NCBI RefSeq assembly: GCF_030028105.1
Contig: NC_092392.1
Coordinates: 7,332,613-7,396,612 of the forward strand
Origin: Mobula birostris
Taxonomy: Eukaryota
DNA: 64,000 bases
Direction: 5' to 3'
Positions 10,906 through 23,855 of the stretch are shown here, piece by piece (position 1 is the stretch's first letter; every line of letters starts with the position of its first letter). The notes beneath the pieces were generated by a model, which searched no databases, was not told the origin of the DNA, and worked only from the letters and a program-made list of their open reading frames with translations. The translations under genes and the position numbers were made by a program.

Positions 10906-11610
10906 TTGAGGCGACACTTCACCTGTGAGTCGGCTGGGGTGACATACTGTGTCCGGTGCTCCCGATGCAGCCTTCTATATATTGGCGAGACCCGACGCAG
11001 GCTGGGAGACTTTTGCTGAACACCTACGCTCTGTCCGCCAGAGAAAGCAGGATCTCCCAGTGGCCACACATTTTAATTCCACGGCCCATTCCCATTCTGA
11101 TATGTCTATCCACGGCCGCCTCTACTGTCAAGATGAAGCCACACTCAGGTTGGAGGAACAACACCTTATATTCCGTCTGGGTAGCCTCCAACCTGATGGC
11201 ATGAACATTGACTTCTCTAACCTCCGTTAATGCCCCACCTCCCCTTTGTACCCCATCTGTTATTTATTTATTGTATATATTTTTTTCCCTCTGTCCCTCT
11301 CACTATACTCCTTGCCCATCCTCTGGGCTTCTCCCCCCCCCCCCCCGTCTTTCTTTCTCCCTAGGCCTCCCGTCCCATGATCCTCTCATATCCCTTTGCC
11401 AATCAACTTTCCAACTCTTGGCTCCATCCCTCCCCCTCCTGTCTTCTCCTATCATTTTGGATCTCCCCCTCCCCCTCCCACTTTCAAATCTCTTATTATC
11501 TCTTCTTTCAGTTAGTCCTGACGAAGGGTCTCGGCCTGAAACGTCGACTGTACCTCTTCCTATAGATGCTGCCTGGCCTGCTGCATTCACCAGCAATTTT
11601 TATGTGTGTT
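10906..11610 (+). mobile_element. Penelope-like element, 3' part with frameshifted GIY-YIG endonuclease
   Basis: Encodes RHFTCESAGVTYCVRCSRCSLLYIGETRRRLGD, then after a frameshift FAEHLRSV...RLEEQHLIFRLGSLQPDGMNIDFS. The terminal repeat carries a hammerhead motif. Confidence 0.9.
11514..11549 (+). ncRNA. Minimal type-I hammerhead ribozyme motif in the Penelope pLTR
   Basis: AGTC (11514-17), CTGACGA (11518-24), stem II, GAAA (11538-41), CG, TC^ (11545), GACT (11546-49). Stem I pairs and the stem III region is the palindrome ACGT. Confidence 0.8.
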
Positions 11611-11999
11611 CTTTGAGAAGGTTGTTGCTTTGTTGTTTCAAATCTCTTGTGATTTTGACACTTTCCTATTGAGAATAGCTCATTTGGCTCAAGAATTATA
11701 TATGACTGAGAATATCTCTCCCTATTTGTCTCAGATACACCTGCCTTGACCAGTTGAATAACTGGGTGTCAGATTCAAATAGTTTTAGTTTGGATAGATT
11801 ATTTACAACAATCTGGCTGTTCTTGGCAGATGTGAAAATTGCCAGCAATTCAAGAAAATGGATGAAATAGTCAGCACATATATGTTATTGCCACTCTTTT
11901 AGCTAGGAAAAAAGTCAGTAAAATGTTAGGCAGAGTTGACAAAGTCTTGTGAAGTTGAACATCTTTAGCAGACCTAGACTTTAAATCATAGTTGCATAG

Positions 12000-12690
12000 T
12001 TGAGTGGTGTGGCAACCGCAAGCTTGCAACATGAAGGAGCTGATGCTGGACTTCGGGAAGGGGAATTTCGGAGAGCTCGTGCATTTTTCATTGAGGAGGG
12101 GTCATCAGTGGAAAGGGTGAGTAGCTTCATGTTCCTGGGCATCAACTTATCAAAGGATGTATCTTGGGCCCAATGTACTAATGCAATCGTGGCAATGGTT
12201 TTACTTCATTAGGAGTTGGAGGAGATTTGGTATGTCACCAAAGCCTTGTGCAGTATTCTACCGATGTATTGTGAAGAGCATTCTGACTGGTTGCATCACC
12301 ACCTGGTATGGAGGCTTTGAAGCACAGGATCGAAGAAAAGCTGCAGGTTATAGACTCTGTGTCTAGCTTCATCACGCACTAGTCTCCCCACTATCAAAGC
12401 TGTCTTTAAGAGGCAGCACCCATGATTAAGAACCCACACCTTGTTACTACCTTTGGGGTGGAGGTACAGGAACCCGAAGAGCCATGCTCAATACTTTAGG
12501 AACAGCTGCTTCCCCTGCACCATCAGATTTTCTGAATGGTCCATGAACACTATCTCGCTATTCTTCTTTTGTGCTGTTTGTTTATAGTATTTCTATAAAT
12601 TATGGTAATCTTGTCTTGTACTGAACCACTGCCACCAAACAAAAATTTCATGAAATATGTCAGTGATAATAAACTTAATTATGATTCTGA
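12000..12690 (+). mobile_element. Rex/Babar LINE 3' fragment
   Basis: Encodes VERVSSFMFLGINLS and FYRCIVKSILTGCITTWYG. Tail is tgataataaac...gattctga. Confidence 0.85.
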
Positions 12691-13204
12691 ACTGATAAGC
12701 TATTTATATTGCAACCATTTTCTAAATTGGGAAATCAGTCAATGATATGTGAAGAATTGTATTACTTTTTTTTGGTTCAGTTAAATGGATGTTTCAGGAT
12801 AAGTAAATATTTTCAATATTTCATCCAGTGTCAGCTCCTACATTGATCTCAATGACTGTTAAATAGATGTTGAGTAGAACTCCATCTGTGCTACTCTGGC
12901 CCCAAAACAACGAGTGCCTGCTGTACAAATATGACATGTTAATCTTCCATGTCAACAATCCCTATTTCACGTATGAATTGTCCGCAATATTTCAGCATGT
13001 TCCTGTGGGTGGAACTGCTTGTTGTGATTTGAATGTGATTGATGGTGTGTGTGATATTTGAAGGAGATTGACAAATATTTATTTTTGTGAGAAACTAGCA
13101 TTTAATTACAATGCGTCGAAGGTATTTATTGACAATGAAGAAGCCCACACTACTTTTTGGTGAACTCACCAAGAACTTCTCTCCCCATCCCATCTCCTCC
13201 TGGT

Positions 13205-13920
13205 AAGATGGAGGCAAGGTGTCAGCTGCATCTCCGGGTCCAACTGAAAGTTCGTTCTTCACGTCTTTTTTTACGATTGCACGACACTGCTGGATATTAA
13301 GAACAAGTACTGCAGGTCTACCCCATCAGCAAATTGCTGATCAGTGATGGAGCTGTAAATAGTGCGCATAGCATTATCACCTGGAGTTGGTGTGTACCCT
13401 TGTTGTGTGGAGGCAGTGCGCAGTGCAACAAATGGTGCAGATGATTGTCTGGGATGTTTTTATAGTGATCTCAAAACCCTGTTGGATATTGGTAATGCAT
13501 GATATAATAAGCTTGGATCTCTGCGTTGCCTTGGTTGTTGCACAGACCAGGCTCTCATGCTGTTCTGTTGCCTGATGCGGTCACCCAGAAGAGGACACGC
13601 TGGAGGCAGTGTGGGAGAGACCAGAGGCCTCTGTGGGCACACTGGAATCCATACCAGGTTGGAGGCTGGGCCCTTCAGTTTTCGTTTGGTGGAAGATGAG
13701 CTGGACCAGAACAACATCCTATGCACTGTCAGTCAACTGGCCATGCCACTTGGGCACTTGGACTGTATTTTTTTTGATGGTTTTTCTGCTTTGGTAATGA
13801 TATCTGCTATGTTTGCTGTTGGTACTGTGCTTTGCACCTCGGCTCTGGAGGAACACTGTTTCGTTTGACTGTGTGTGGCTGAATGGCAATTAAACTGGAA
13901 CCTGAACTTGACGTGAACTT
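13205..13920 (+). mobile_element. Probable non-autonomous retroelement of unassigned family
   Basis: GC-richer island starting aagatggagg and ending aattaaactggaacctgaacttga, a LINE-like short-repeat tail. No TE protein recognised. Confidence 0.45.
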
Positions 13921-14692
13921 TCTTGTGGAAATAGTCAATAAGAAACTGCATAGCCTTCAGGTAGATTTCCTCTGTTGACTTAATGTATTCAGTTAATATT
14001 GCACTTCAATGCACGGTGGATGAAAATGGAATTCTATGATTTGTATTCATGTAAAGTTGTTAAATGTGAATCTCATTTCACTCCTGATTTATTGATGAAA
14101 ATGCTTTATTTTGTACCACTTTCACTATTGGTGAAATAGTGAAAATCCAGTTGAGTTCAACTCTCAGTAGACCCAACTTAGTTTTTGCTTTACCAAGAAC
14201 AAATATTAGAGAGATTTCTTTAAAAGTTCTTTTTAAAAAGCTTACGTTGGCAGATCTTGATTCTGATGATTGGTATCCTTTTTAAGCATCACATAAAATA
14301 GTTTTTTTTGCTGTGAGCATATTTTCAATCAACTTGCTTGTCAGTTGTTCAATTGGGCCAATATTTTAAAAAGCTAAATGAGTTCCTGGAAGAATTGTTG
14401 TCTTCCATGTAATGGTAATTGAATCTTGACTATTGATTTACCTTTAAACTGAAAAGTGTTTGTGTTAGTGTCTCATATCTGGTTAAATAATTAATGTGAT
14501 GCTTCTGATTTTCACAGTGTGTTCGTGCAACAAGAAATTCCCTGTATTAAGAAGTCAGAATCACTACTTGTTCATTTATACAGCTCCAACCCAGCCTTCA
14601 GATCAGGAACAGAATTTTCTTTAAAATTCCCTTGAATGTGGGACTGCTTTTTCTTTCATATAGTGATGGTAAATAGCTACATTAAGGTTAGG

Positions 14693-15417
14693 GTTAGGGC
14701 CAACTAGTGGAGTGGTGCCACAGCAACAACCTGGCACTCAACATCAGTAAGACGAAAGAGCTGATTGAGGACTTCAGGAAGGGTAAAACGAAGGAACACA
14801 TGCCAATCCTCACAGAGGGATCTGAAGTGGAGAGAGTGAGCAGTTTGAAGTTCCTTTGGTTTGTCAACAAATACACACAAAAAGACTTCTACAGATGTAC
14901 CATGGAGAGCATTCTGACAGGCTGCATCACTCTCTGGTTTGGAGGGGCTACTGCACAGTACTGAAAGAAGCTGCAGAGAGTTATAAATTTATTCAGCTCC
15001 ATCTTGGGTACTAGCCTACAAAGTGCCCAGGACACCTTCAGGGAGCGGTGTCTCAGAAAGGCAGTGTCCTTTATTAAGGACATCCAGCACCCAGGGCATG
15101 CCCTTTTCTCACTGTTACCACCTGGTAGGAGATACATAAGCCTGAAGGCACACACTCAGCGATTCAGGAACAGCTTTTTTCCCTTTGCTATCCAATTCCT
15201 AAATGGACATTGAATCCTTGGACACTACCTCACTTTTTTTTTACATATATTATTTCTGTTTTTTGCAGGATTTTTCATCTATTGAATATACATATACTGT
15301 AATTGATTTACTTATTATTTTTCCTCTATATTATGTATCACATTGAACTGTTGCTGCTGCTAAGTTGACAAATTTCAAGTCACATGCTGGTGATAATAAA
15401 CCTGATTCTGATTCTGA
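14693..15417 (+). mobile_element. Rex/Babar LINE 3' fragment
   Basis: Encodes WCHSNNLALNISKTKELIEDFRK, FYRCTMESILTGCITLW and HPGHALFSLLPPGRRY. Tail is aataaacctgattctgattctga. Confidence 0.9.
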
Positions 15418-15529
15418 CATTTTCATGGTTATCTCATTCCCTCTCATGCTTTCTCAACAGAAATATGGTTATCTCCCATTTTGTGTGTGAGTGCAGATCT
15501 TCTCAATATTTTTCATTACTTGGTAATTA

Positions 15530-16125
15530 ATTTAGAATATAAAAGCAAAGATATAATGTAGAGAATTTATAAAGCACTGGTGAGGCCTCACTTGGAAGAT
15601 TGTGAGCAGTTTTGGACCACTTATCTTAGAACGGATGTGCTGAAACTGGAGAGAGTTAAAGGAGGTTCACAAAAACGATTCCAAGGTTAAAGGATTAATT
15701 TGCAGGTTGAATTGGTGAAGAAGGTGGTAAACACAATGTTAGCATTCATTTCAAGTGGACTAGAATATAAATTGAAACTGGAGTGGGTTCAAAGGAGGAT
15801 CATGAAAATGATTCCAGGATCGAATGGCTTGTCATATAAGAGCATTTGATGGTTCTGAGCTTGTATTCAGGAGAATGAGGGGTGACCTCATTGAAACCTA
15901 TTGAATGGTGAAAGGCCTTGATAGAGTGGATGTGCAGAAGATGTTTCCAGTGGTGGGAGAGTCTGAGACCAGAGGACACAGTCTCAAAATAGAGTCCTTT
16001 TAGAATGGAGATGAGGAAGAATTAATTTGGCCAGAGAGTGGTGAATCTGTGGAATTCATTGCCATAGGCAGCTGTGGAGGCCAGGTCTTTACATATATTT
16101 AAGGCAGAGGTTGATACATTCTTTG
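15530..16125 (+). mobile_element. Rearranged CR1 3' fragments
   Basis: Remnants of YKALVRPHLE..EQFW, RMRGDLIETY and QRVVNLWNSLP. Confidence 0.8.
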
Positions 16126-16480
16126 ACCTCACCCACTCTAGACATTCTCTCCTTCCCTCTCTCATTGGGTAAAAAAGCCTGAAACCATTTACTACCATGC
16201 TCAAGGGCAATTTCTAATTGGCTGTTATAGGAATATTGAATGGTTCCCTGGTGCAATAAGATGGAATCTTGACCTCACGATCTTCTTCATTATGATTTTG
16301 CATCTTATTGTCTACTTGCACTGCACTTTCTCTTTAGCTGTGGCACTTTATTCTGCATTCTGTCCTTGTTTTAGAACATAGTACTACTTCGATACACAGT
16401 AATGAATTGATCTGTATGAACTGTATGCAAGACGAACTTTTCACTTGCCTTGGAACATGTGACAATAATAAACCAATTTA
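16126..16480 (+). mobile_element. Rex/Babar-like 3' UTR fragment
   Basis: cattctctccttccctct...accatgctcaagggcaatttc and a tail acatgtgacaataataaacc. Confidence 0.55.
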
Positions 16481-18238
16481 GTATTCACCAGTGCAATTCA
16501 CCAGGACCTTGACAATTGTGGGGTTGGCTTGAGTGTATAGATCTTCAGAAAGAGGATATGCTGGAGTTTTTGAAAGGTATTAAATTAGATAAGTTGCCGG
16601 GGCTGGATGAGATATACCCCAGGCTACTGTGGGAAGTGAGGGAGGGATTGCTGAGCCTCTGGTGATGATCTTTGCATCATCAACAGTGATGGGAGAAGTA
16701 CCAGAGGATTAGGAGGTTGCAGACTTTGTTCCCTTGTTCAAGAAAGGGAGAAGAGGTAACTCAGGAAATTAAAGACTTTTGAGTGTTATTTCAGTGCTGG
16801 ACAAGTTGTTGAGGATCCTGAGAGGCAGGATTTATGAGCATTTGGAGAGGCATAATCTGATTAGGAATAGTCAGCATGGCTTTGTCACGGGCAGGTCATG
16901 CCTTACAAACCTGATTAAATTCTTTGAGGATGTAACAAACACATTGATGAAGGTAGAGCAGTGGATATAGTGCATATGGATTTCATTAAGGCATTTGATA
17001 AGGTTACCCATGCGAGGCTTATTCAGAAAGTACTGAGTCATGGGATCCAAGGAGACCTTGCTTTGTGGATCCTGTATTGGCTTGCCCACAGAAGGCAAAG
17101 GGTGATTGTGGATGGATTGTATTCTGCATGGAGGTCAGTGACCAGTGGTGTTGTTTAGGGATCTGTTCTGGGACCCCTCCTCTTTGTGATTTTTATAAAT
17201 GACTTGGACAGAACTGGGCTGAGAAGTTGCTGATGGAATTCAACCTAGATAAGTGTGAAGTGGTTCATTTCAGTAGGTCAAATTTGAAGACAGAATATAA
17301 TGCTAAGACTCTTGGCAGTGTGGAGGATCGGCAAGATCTTGAGGTCTGTGTCCATAGGACACTCAAAGCTGCTGCACAGGTTGACAGTGTTGTTAGGAAG
17401 GCATATGGTGTGTTACCTTTCATCAACCTTGGGATTGAGTTCAAGAGATGTGAGGTAATGTTGCAGCTATATAAGACTTTAGTAAGACACCACCTGGAGT
17501 ACTGTGTTCAGTTCTGGTCACCTCATTAAGGGAAGGATGTGGATGCTATGGAGAGGGTGCAGAGAAGATTTACAGGAATGTTACCTGGATTTAAGAGCAT
17601 GCCTTATGAGAATAGGTTGAGTGAACTTGGCCTTCTGGAGTGACAGAGGATGAGAGGTGACCTGATAGAGGTGTATAAGATGATGAGAGGCATTGATCAT
17701 GTGAATAGACAGAGGTTTTTTTTCCCAGGGCTGAAATGGCTAAAATGAGAAGGGCAAAGTTTTAAGGTGTTTGGAATAGGTACAAGGGGGATATCAGAGG
17801 TAAGTTTTTCACACAGAGTGGTGGATGTGTGGAATGCACTGCCAGCGAACGTAGTAGAGGCAGGTACAATAGGGTTTTTTACGAGACTCTTAGATAGGTA
17901 CACATTGCTCTGCAACGACACCGGTGCCAAGCTGTATTTGCCCTGGTGCCCTTCCCTTGGACAACATCGGTGGCGTGGAGAGGAGAGACTTGCAGCATGG
18001 GCAACTGCCAGTCTTCCATACAACCTTGCCCAAGCCTGCGCCCTGGAAACCTTCCAAGGCGCAAATCCATTGTCTCATGAGAGTAACGGATGCCTATAGA
18101 TAGGCATGGAGCTTAGAAAAATAGAGAGTTATGTGCGAGGGAAATTCAAGGCAGCTTCGAGAGTAGGTTAGATGGTCAGCACAGCCCCATTGTGGGCAGA
18201 AGGACCTATAATGTGCAGTAGATTCTCTGTTTCGATGT
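16480..18238 (+). mobile_element. CR1 LINE (RT domain to 3' end), interrupted
   Basis: Encodes SQHGFVTGRSCLTNLIKFFE, DFIKAFDKVTH, GSVLGPLLFVIFINDL and LEYCVQFWSPH, with stops and frameshifts. Confidence 0.92.
17899..18096 (+). mobile_element. 5'-truncated SINE-like insertion inside CR1
   Basis: A GC-rich 198-bp block interrupts the CR1 3' region. Flanked by direct repeat tagatagg (17891-98, 18097-104). Strand and family are inferred. Confidence 0.6.
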
Positions 18239-18989
18239 AATTCCAGTTCTTACATTTTTTGTGGTTCAGTTTTGGTGTTTGGGATTAAATGCAATTTGCT
18301 TAGGAATCAGTGTATATTTTTTGCTGTAATGTGGAATGAGTTTGAACAGTAACAAGACTCCAGTAGATCTAGCTCTGTCCCACTGCTATTTAGCTGCTAC
18401 TATGCAATTCCAGTGACTTGGCTTCAATTCTAACCTTCAGCGCTATTTAAGTAGAGTTTGCTTATTCTCTGAGATTCCTGGGTTGTCTTTGGATGCTTTG
18501 GGTTTTCCTGTATATCTTGGATTGTAAATTGTTCCAGGTGTAGGTGAATTGTGGATTGTGGGGAAAGTTGATGGGAATGAGGGGAATATAACATGCTATT
18601 GGGGTGTTTGATAGTCCGCACAGATCCAAAGATCCTGCTTCTTTACCCAATGTCTCGAAAACTGATTAGTCAGACATGATTCTTCTCTCATTAATGCATA
18701 TGCTGACTTTACTGCCATCTGAATTTATAAGTCTCATTCTGCTTGCCTGGAAGTGACACCAAGTACATCAAAATACATAGTAATTTTTTTATTTATGACA
18801 AACCTCAGGAAGAAAATGCTAGAACTGCTCAGCGGGTCTATCGACTTGGGAAAGTGAAACAGTTCATGTTTAGGGATTGGGCTCCTTCAACAGAACTGAG
18901 AAATATTAAATGTTTCTCTTTATGGCAATGTTGCCTGAAGAAGAGCATTACCAGACTTTTATGTTTTTGTTTTTCAGCATCTGCAGTAT

Positions 18990-19575
18990 TTTTTATTAAT
19001 TTTTTAATAAGTTTCTACAATGCAACAAAAAAAAGTAAAAAAAAAAGTTTATACAGTGCAAATCAAACATATCAAATATACAGTTTATAACAGTTAAGGA
19101 AAAGCACCTGTGGTAGAATCGTACAAAGTTAATTACCACCCCACCCTCCCACTACCCAACTCCAAGCCAACCTTACGATATATAGAAAAGTTAATCAGAA
19201 CTTTTATCACCACAGAGCTGTATTTATAAAAAAGGTATATTGCCTACTACCTGAGCTACAATGTGTTTACACATAAAAAAAACGTAAATCTTAACCGAGA
19301 GAAGGTGAAAGTAAGGGATTTAAATGCAAAAGAAAAAAAAAGGAGGGATGAACCCTTAATCTAAACAGGAATTATGGAAAAAAAATTTAAGAAAAGGTCC
19401 TCACACCTTTTGGAACTTTATGTCAGAATTAAGAAGTGAATAATGAATCTTTTCAAGGCCTAAGCAGGACATAATGTCTCTGAGCCATTGAGCATGAGTG
19501 GGTGGGGCAACATCTCTCCACCTAAGAAGGACTGCACGTCTGAGAAAAGAGAGGCAAAAGACAATGTATGCAGTA
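18990..19575 (-). mobile_element. L1/Tx1-clade LINE 3' end
   Basis: The minus strand encodes RRAVLLRWRDVAPPTHAQWLRDIMSCLGLEKIHYS. T-rich tail at the left end. Confidence 0.8.
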
Positions 19576-20134
19576 TTTTTTTAAAATTTATTTTATCTCT
19601 TGGCCTTTTAAAGTGGAATTTATTGAAGGGTTAGACAAGTGACTTAAGTTGTGGCTTGAAGTATGTAATGTTCGAAAGAAAAATGTATGAGAAGATGATG
19701 GAAATTGACTTTGCATCGGGAGTAGAAGTTTCATGGAAGGATTTGAGGACAATGATTTGTTTTTTGCTAAATTCATGTAATGCCTTAATATTATAAAATA
19801 ATCCAAACTTCGTCAGTGTTGCTTGATGAAGCTTGTGTATTTTATGTTAGCATTCGAGGATTTCTAATTTTATCCCAAGAAAATATATTTGGTTTAATAA
19901 AAGCAAAAGAACCTACCTGCAATACTATGAAAGTCTTATAATGTCCCTAAAGGTGCAGTTAAAAATGAGATCATAAATTGCTTCCACTGTGCTGTGTTTG
20001 ACCTTATTTTTGTAAACTTATTCTGCAAATTAAAATCGAAGTCTCTCTAGGCACCACCTGTAACAGTTATGAGGATGCTTTGTTTGACTAGATTTTGAAT
20101 GTATACTTAACTATGAAGCCATTTCAAAATGCAG

Positions 20135-20768
20135 GTTGTTTGGGAAAATCAGGTTGGTAATGGATTTCAAGAGAGTGAGTTTGTTGACTGTCTCTGAGAC
20201 AGCTTTTTAGAGCAGTTTGTCATTGAGCCTAGTAGAGGATCAGCTATACTAGATTGTTGTTTTGTAATGAACTGGAGGTGATAAGGGAGCTTAAGGTAAA
20301 AGAACCCTTCAGAACCAGTGATCGCAATATGATTGTATTCAACTTGAAATTTGATAGGGAGAAAATAAAGTCTGATGTAACAGTATTTCAGTGGAGTATG
20401 GGAAATTACAGTGATATGAGAGAGGAGTTGACCAAAATTGGAAGAAGATGCTGCTGGGCGGACAGCAGACCAGCAATGGCGTGAGTTTCTGGGGAAAATG
20501 AGGAGATGCAGGCTAGATGTATTCCAAAAACAAAGAAATACTCAAATGGTAAAATAGTACAACCATGGCTGACAAGGGAAGTCAACGCTAATGTAAAAGC
20601 AAAAGAGAGAATGCATACAACAATGCAAAAATTAGCGGGAAGACAGAGGACTAGGAAGCTTTTAAAATCTTACAAAGAGCAACTAAAAGAATCATTAGGA
20701 GGGAAAAGATGAAATATGGAATCAAGCTAGCAACAATATCAAAGTGGATAATAAAAGCTTTTTCATAT
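20135..20768 (+). mobile_element. CR1 ORF2 fragment (end of endonuclease and linker)
   Basis: Encodes SFLEQFVIEPSRGSAILD and TSDRNMIVFNL. Confidence 0.8.
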
Positions 20769-21925
20769 AACGATATAACAATTACAACACGGAAACAGGC
20801 CATCTTGGCCCTTCTGGTCCGTGCTGAACTCTTACTCTCACCTAGTCCCACCGACCTACACTCAGCCTGTAACCCTCCATTCCTCTCCTGTCCATATAGC
20901 TGTCCAATTTAACTTTAACTGACAACATCAAACCTGCCTCAACCACTTCTGCTGGAAGCTCGTTCCACACAGCTATCACTCTCTGAGTAAAGAAGTTCCC
21001 CCTCATGTTACCCCTAAGCTTTTACCCTTTAACTCTCAACCCTGTGTTTAGACCCTGTGTATCCAGATAATTATATATACCATCTCTAAGAATACTTTCC
21101 ATCAATTTACCCACCACTGATGTCAAACTCACAGGCTGATAATTGCTAGGTTTACTCTTAGAACCCTTTTTAAACAATAGAACAACACGAGTAATACGCC
21201 AATCCTCCGGCACCATCCCCGTTTCTAATGACATTAAGAAAAGAAATTGTTCAAAATCTCCCCCATCTCTTTTGGCTCCGCACATAGCCATCCACTCTGA
21301 TTCTCTAAGGGACCAATTTTATCCTTCACTATCCTTTTGCTATTAATATAACTGTAGAAACCCTTTGTATTTATTTTCACCTTACTTGCCAAAGCAACTT
21401 CATATCTTCTTTTAGCTTTTCTAATTTCTTTCTTAAGATTCTTTTTACATTCTTTATATTCCTCGAGCACCTCATTTTCTCCAAGCTGCCTATATTTATT
21501 GTAGATCTCTCTCTTTTTCTGAACCAAGTTTCCAATATCCCTTGAAAACCATGGCTCCCTCAAACTTGTAACCTTTCCTTTCAACCTAACAGGAACATAA
21601 AGATTCTATACCCTCAAAATTTCACCTTTAAATGACCTCCATTTCTCTATTATATCCTTCCCATAAAATAGATTGTCCCAATCCACTCTTCAAAATCCTT
21701 TCGCATCTCCTCAAATTTAGCCTTTCTACAATCAAAAATCTCAAGCCTGGGTCCAGTCCAATCCTTCTCCATAATTATATTGAAACTAATGACATCGTGA
21801 TCACTGGATCCGAAGTGCTCCCCAACACATACCTCTGTCACCTGACCTATCTCATTCCCTAACAGGAGATCCAACACTGCCCCTTCTCTAGTTGGTACCT
21901 CTATGTATTGCTGCAAAAAACTATC
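20769..21925 (-). mobile_element. Internally deleted CR1 LINE
   Basis: 3' tail at the left. Encodes GMVPEDWRIT..LFKKGSKSKPSNYQPVSLTSVVGKLMESI and FLQQYIEVPTREGAVLDLLL. Confidence 0.88.
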
Positions 21926-22350
21926 TTGCATTATGCTTCTTCCACCATGCTTCACAGTTGGAATGATGTTTTGGTGTTGGTGTGCAGCGCCCTTTTGCCT
22001 CCAAACACAGGAGTTTGTATTTCTGCCAAAATTTTCAACTTTTATTTCATGTGTCCGTGATAATGTCCCAGAAACCTTGTTGAACATCCAGATGGTCTTT
22101 TGCTAACTTGAGACATGCAGCAAATTATTTATTTATTTTTTTTTGGAGAGCTGTGGTTTCCTTCGTGGTGTTCTTTCATGGACATTCTTGTTCAATGTTT
22201 TTCTTATAGTGGACGCATGAACAGAGCCTTTAGCAAGCTCTAGAGATTTCTGCAGATCTTTTGCTGTTACCCCAGGTCCTTTTTCACCTCTCTCAGCATT
22301 GCACATTGTGCTCTTGGTGTGATGCCCACTCTTAAGGATGATTTATACTT

Positions 22351-23290
22351 TTTTAAAAAATCTTTTATTATTATTATTATATTATTCAAAAATAACACGA
22401 GTACATCAAAGTAAACAACATTTACAATGTCTCAAGGAAAAAGAACATTATTTTAAGGATTGAAAAATTTTGGTGATAATAAAACAAAATCCTACTAAGC
22501 AGAAAAAGTGGGGGGAGAAAAACCCCATTAGGTGTACAACCCGAAGCCATGCGTCATACAAGAAGCTTCTAAAGATAAACATCAAACGGCCAGCAAGAAA
22601 AAAATATACCAAAATTACAATTAGATCGTGGAGGAAATCTGTCAATTAACTCAAATGATAATAACAAGCAAATGAACCCCATCTTCTCTCAAAATCAAGT
22701 AAGGGTTCAAAGGTTTGACTTCTAATTGTCTCCAAACTAAGACGTAGCATCACTGGAGAGAATCATTGTGACCAAATGGGAGCTGATGTATCCTTCCACT
22801 TCAACAAAATGGCCCTCCTAGCTATCAATGTAACAAATGCAATAACATGTTGGTCAGACACGGACATACCACAGATATTTTGAGGAATTATTTCAAAAAG
22901 CACAGTTAATTTGTTAGGTTGTAAATTAATTTTAAGTGCTTTAGAAATTGTCGAACAAACTGACTTCCAGAACTGTTCCAGTATAGAACAAGACCAAGAC
23001 GTGTGTCAGTGTAGCTGTCTCAGTTTTACATCTATCACAATAACTATCAACATTAGGAAATATTTTAGACAGTCTCTCCTTCATCAAGTGGTAACGATGT
23101 ACAATTTTAAATTGAATCAGTGAATGACTTGCACAGATCGAAGAATAATTAACCAGCTTCAGAATCCGCATCCAGTCCTCCATCATAAAAGTCAAATTAT
23201 GTTCCTTTTCTCAATCTTGTTTAATCTTAAATAAAGGACACTTATCCCATTATAATAATAAATTATCAATTCTTCCAATAGAACCCTTCG
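22351..23290 (-). mobile_element. L1/Tx1-clade LINE 3' fragment with 17-bp TSD
   Basis: Encodes LIQFKIVHRYH...SYCDRCK....LTHV (zf-RVT). TSD aagg(a/c)tgatttatactt at 22334-50 and 23291-307. Confidence 0.88.
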
Positions 23291-23291
23291 A

Positions 23292-23855
23292 AGGCTGATT
23301 TATACTTCTGTGTAGGCTCTACGCCGTAGCCTATGCAAGTGGCCTATGCCATTGTGAGCATTTATGCTTGTGCGTTGGTGTGTCTGCGTCGCTCTGCAAT
23401 TCACCGCCAAAGCACTAGTTGGCAGTGGGGTTTCTATGCCACTGTGTTGAACAACTTTGTGTACTTTAAACAATGGCGACAAAACTGAACACATCATGTT
23501 GGAGTTGGAGCTAATAAGTGTTGAACAAGCGTTACTTTTATTGAAATTACAGCAATGCAGAAAAGAGAGAAGACGTTGGAGGAGATGTTGTGTACGACCA
23601 TTGAACGGATTGAGGCAGAAGGAGGGTGAATTTTCTGTGCTTGGCTGGCCACTGAGAGACATGGACGAGGAAGTGCATTTCAAATATTTTTGGACGTCGG
23701 CAGGTAGATTTGGCGATTTGGTTTATCGTTCAGAAGCAACTGGAAATGCGATGCTACCAAGCGGACCAATCACAGTTGTTGTGGTCAGGCTACGGCATAG
23801 GGTATGCAGCCACGCCGTACTTACGGCGTCAATTTGACGCAGAAGTATAAATTGC
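23292..23855 (+). mobile_element. PIF/Harbinger non-autonomous element
   Basis: TIRs gatttatacttctgtgt / acgcagaagtataaatt. ORF 23457-23837 contains VRPLNGLRQKEGEFSVL..PLRDMDEEVHFKYF..S..RF.DL, resembling a Harbinger transposase N-terminus. Confidence 0.8.
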
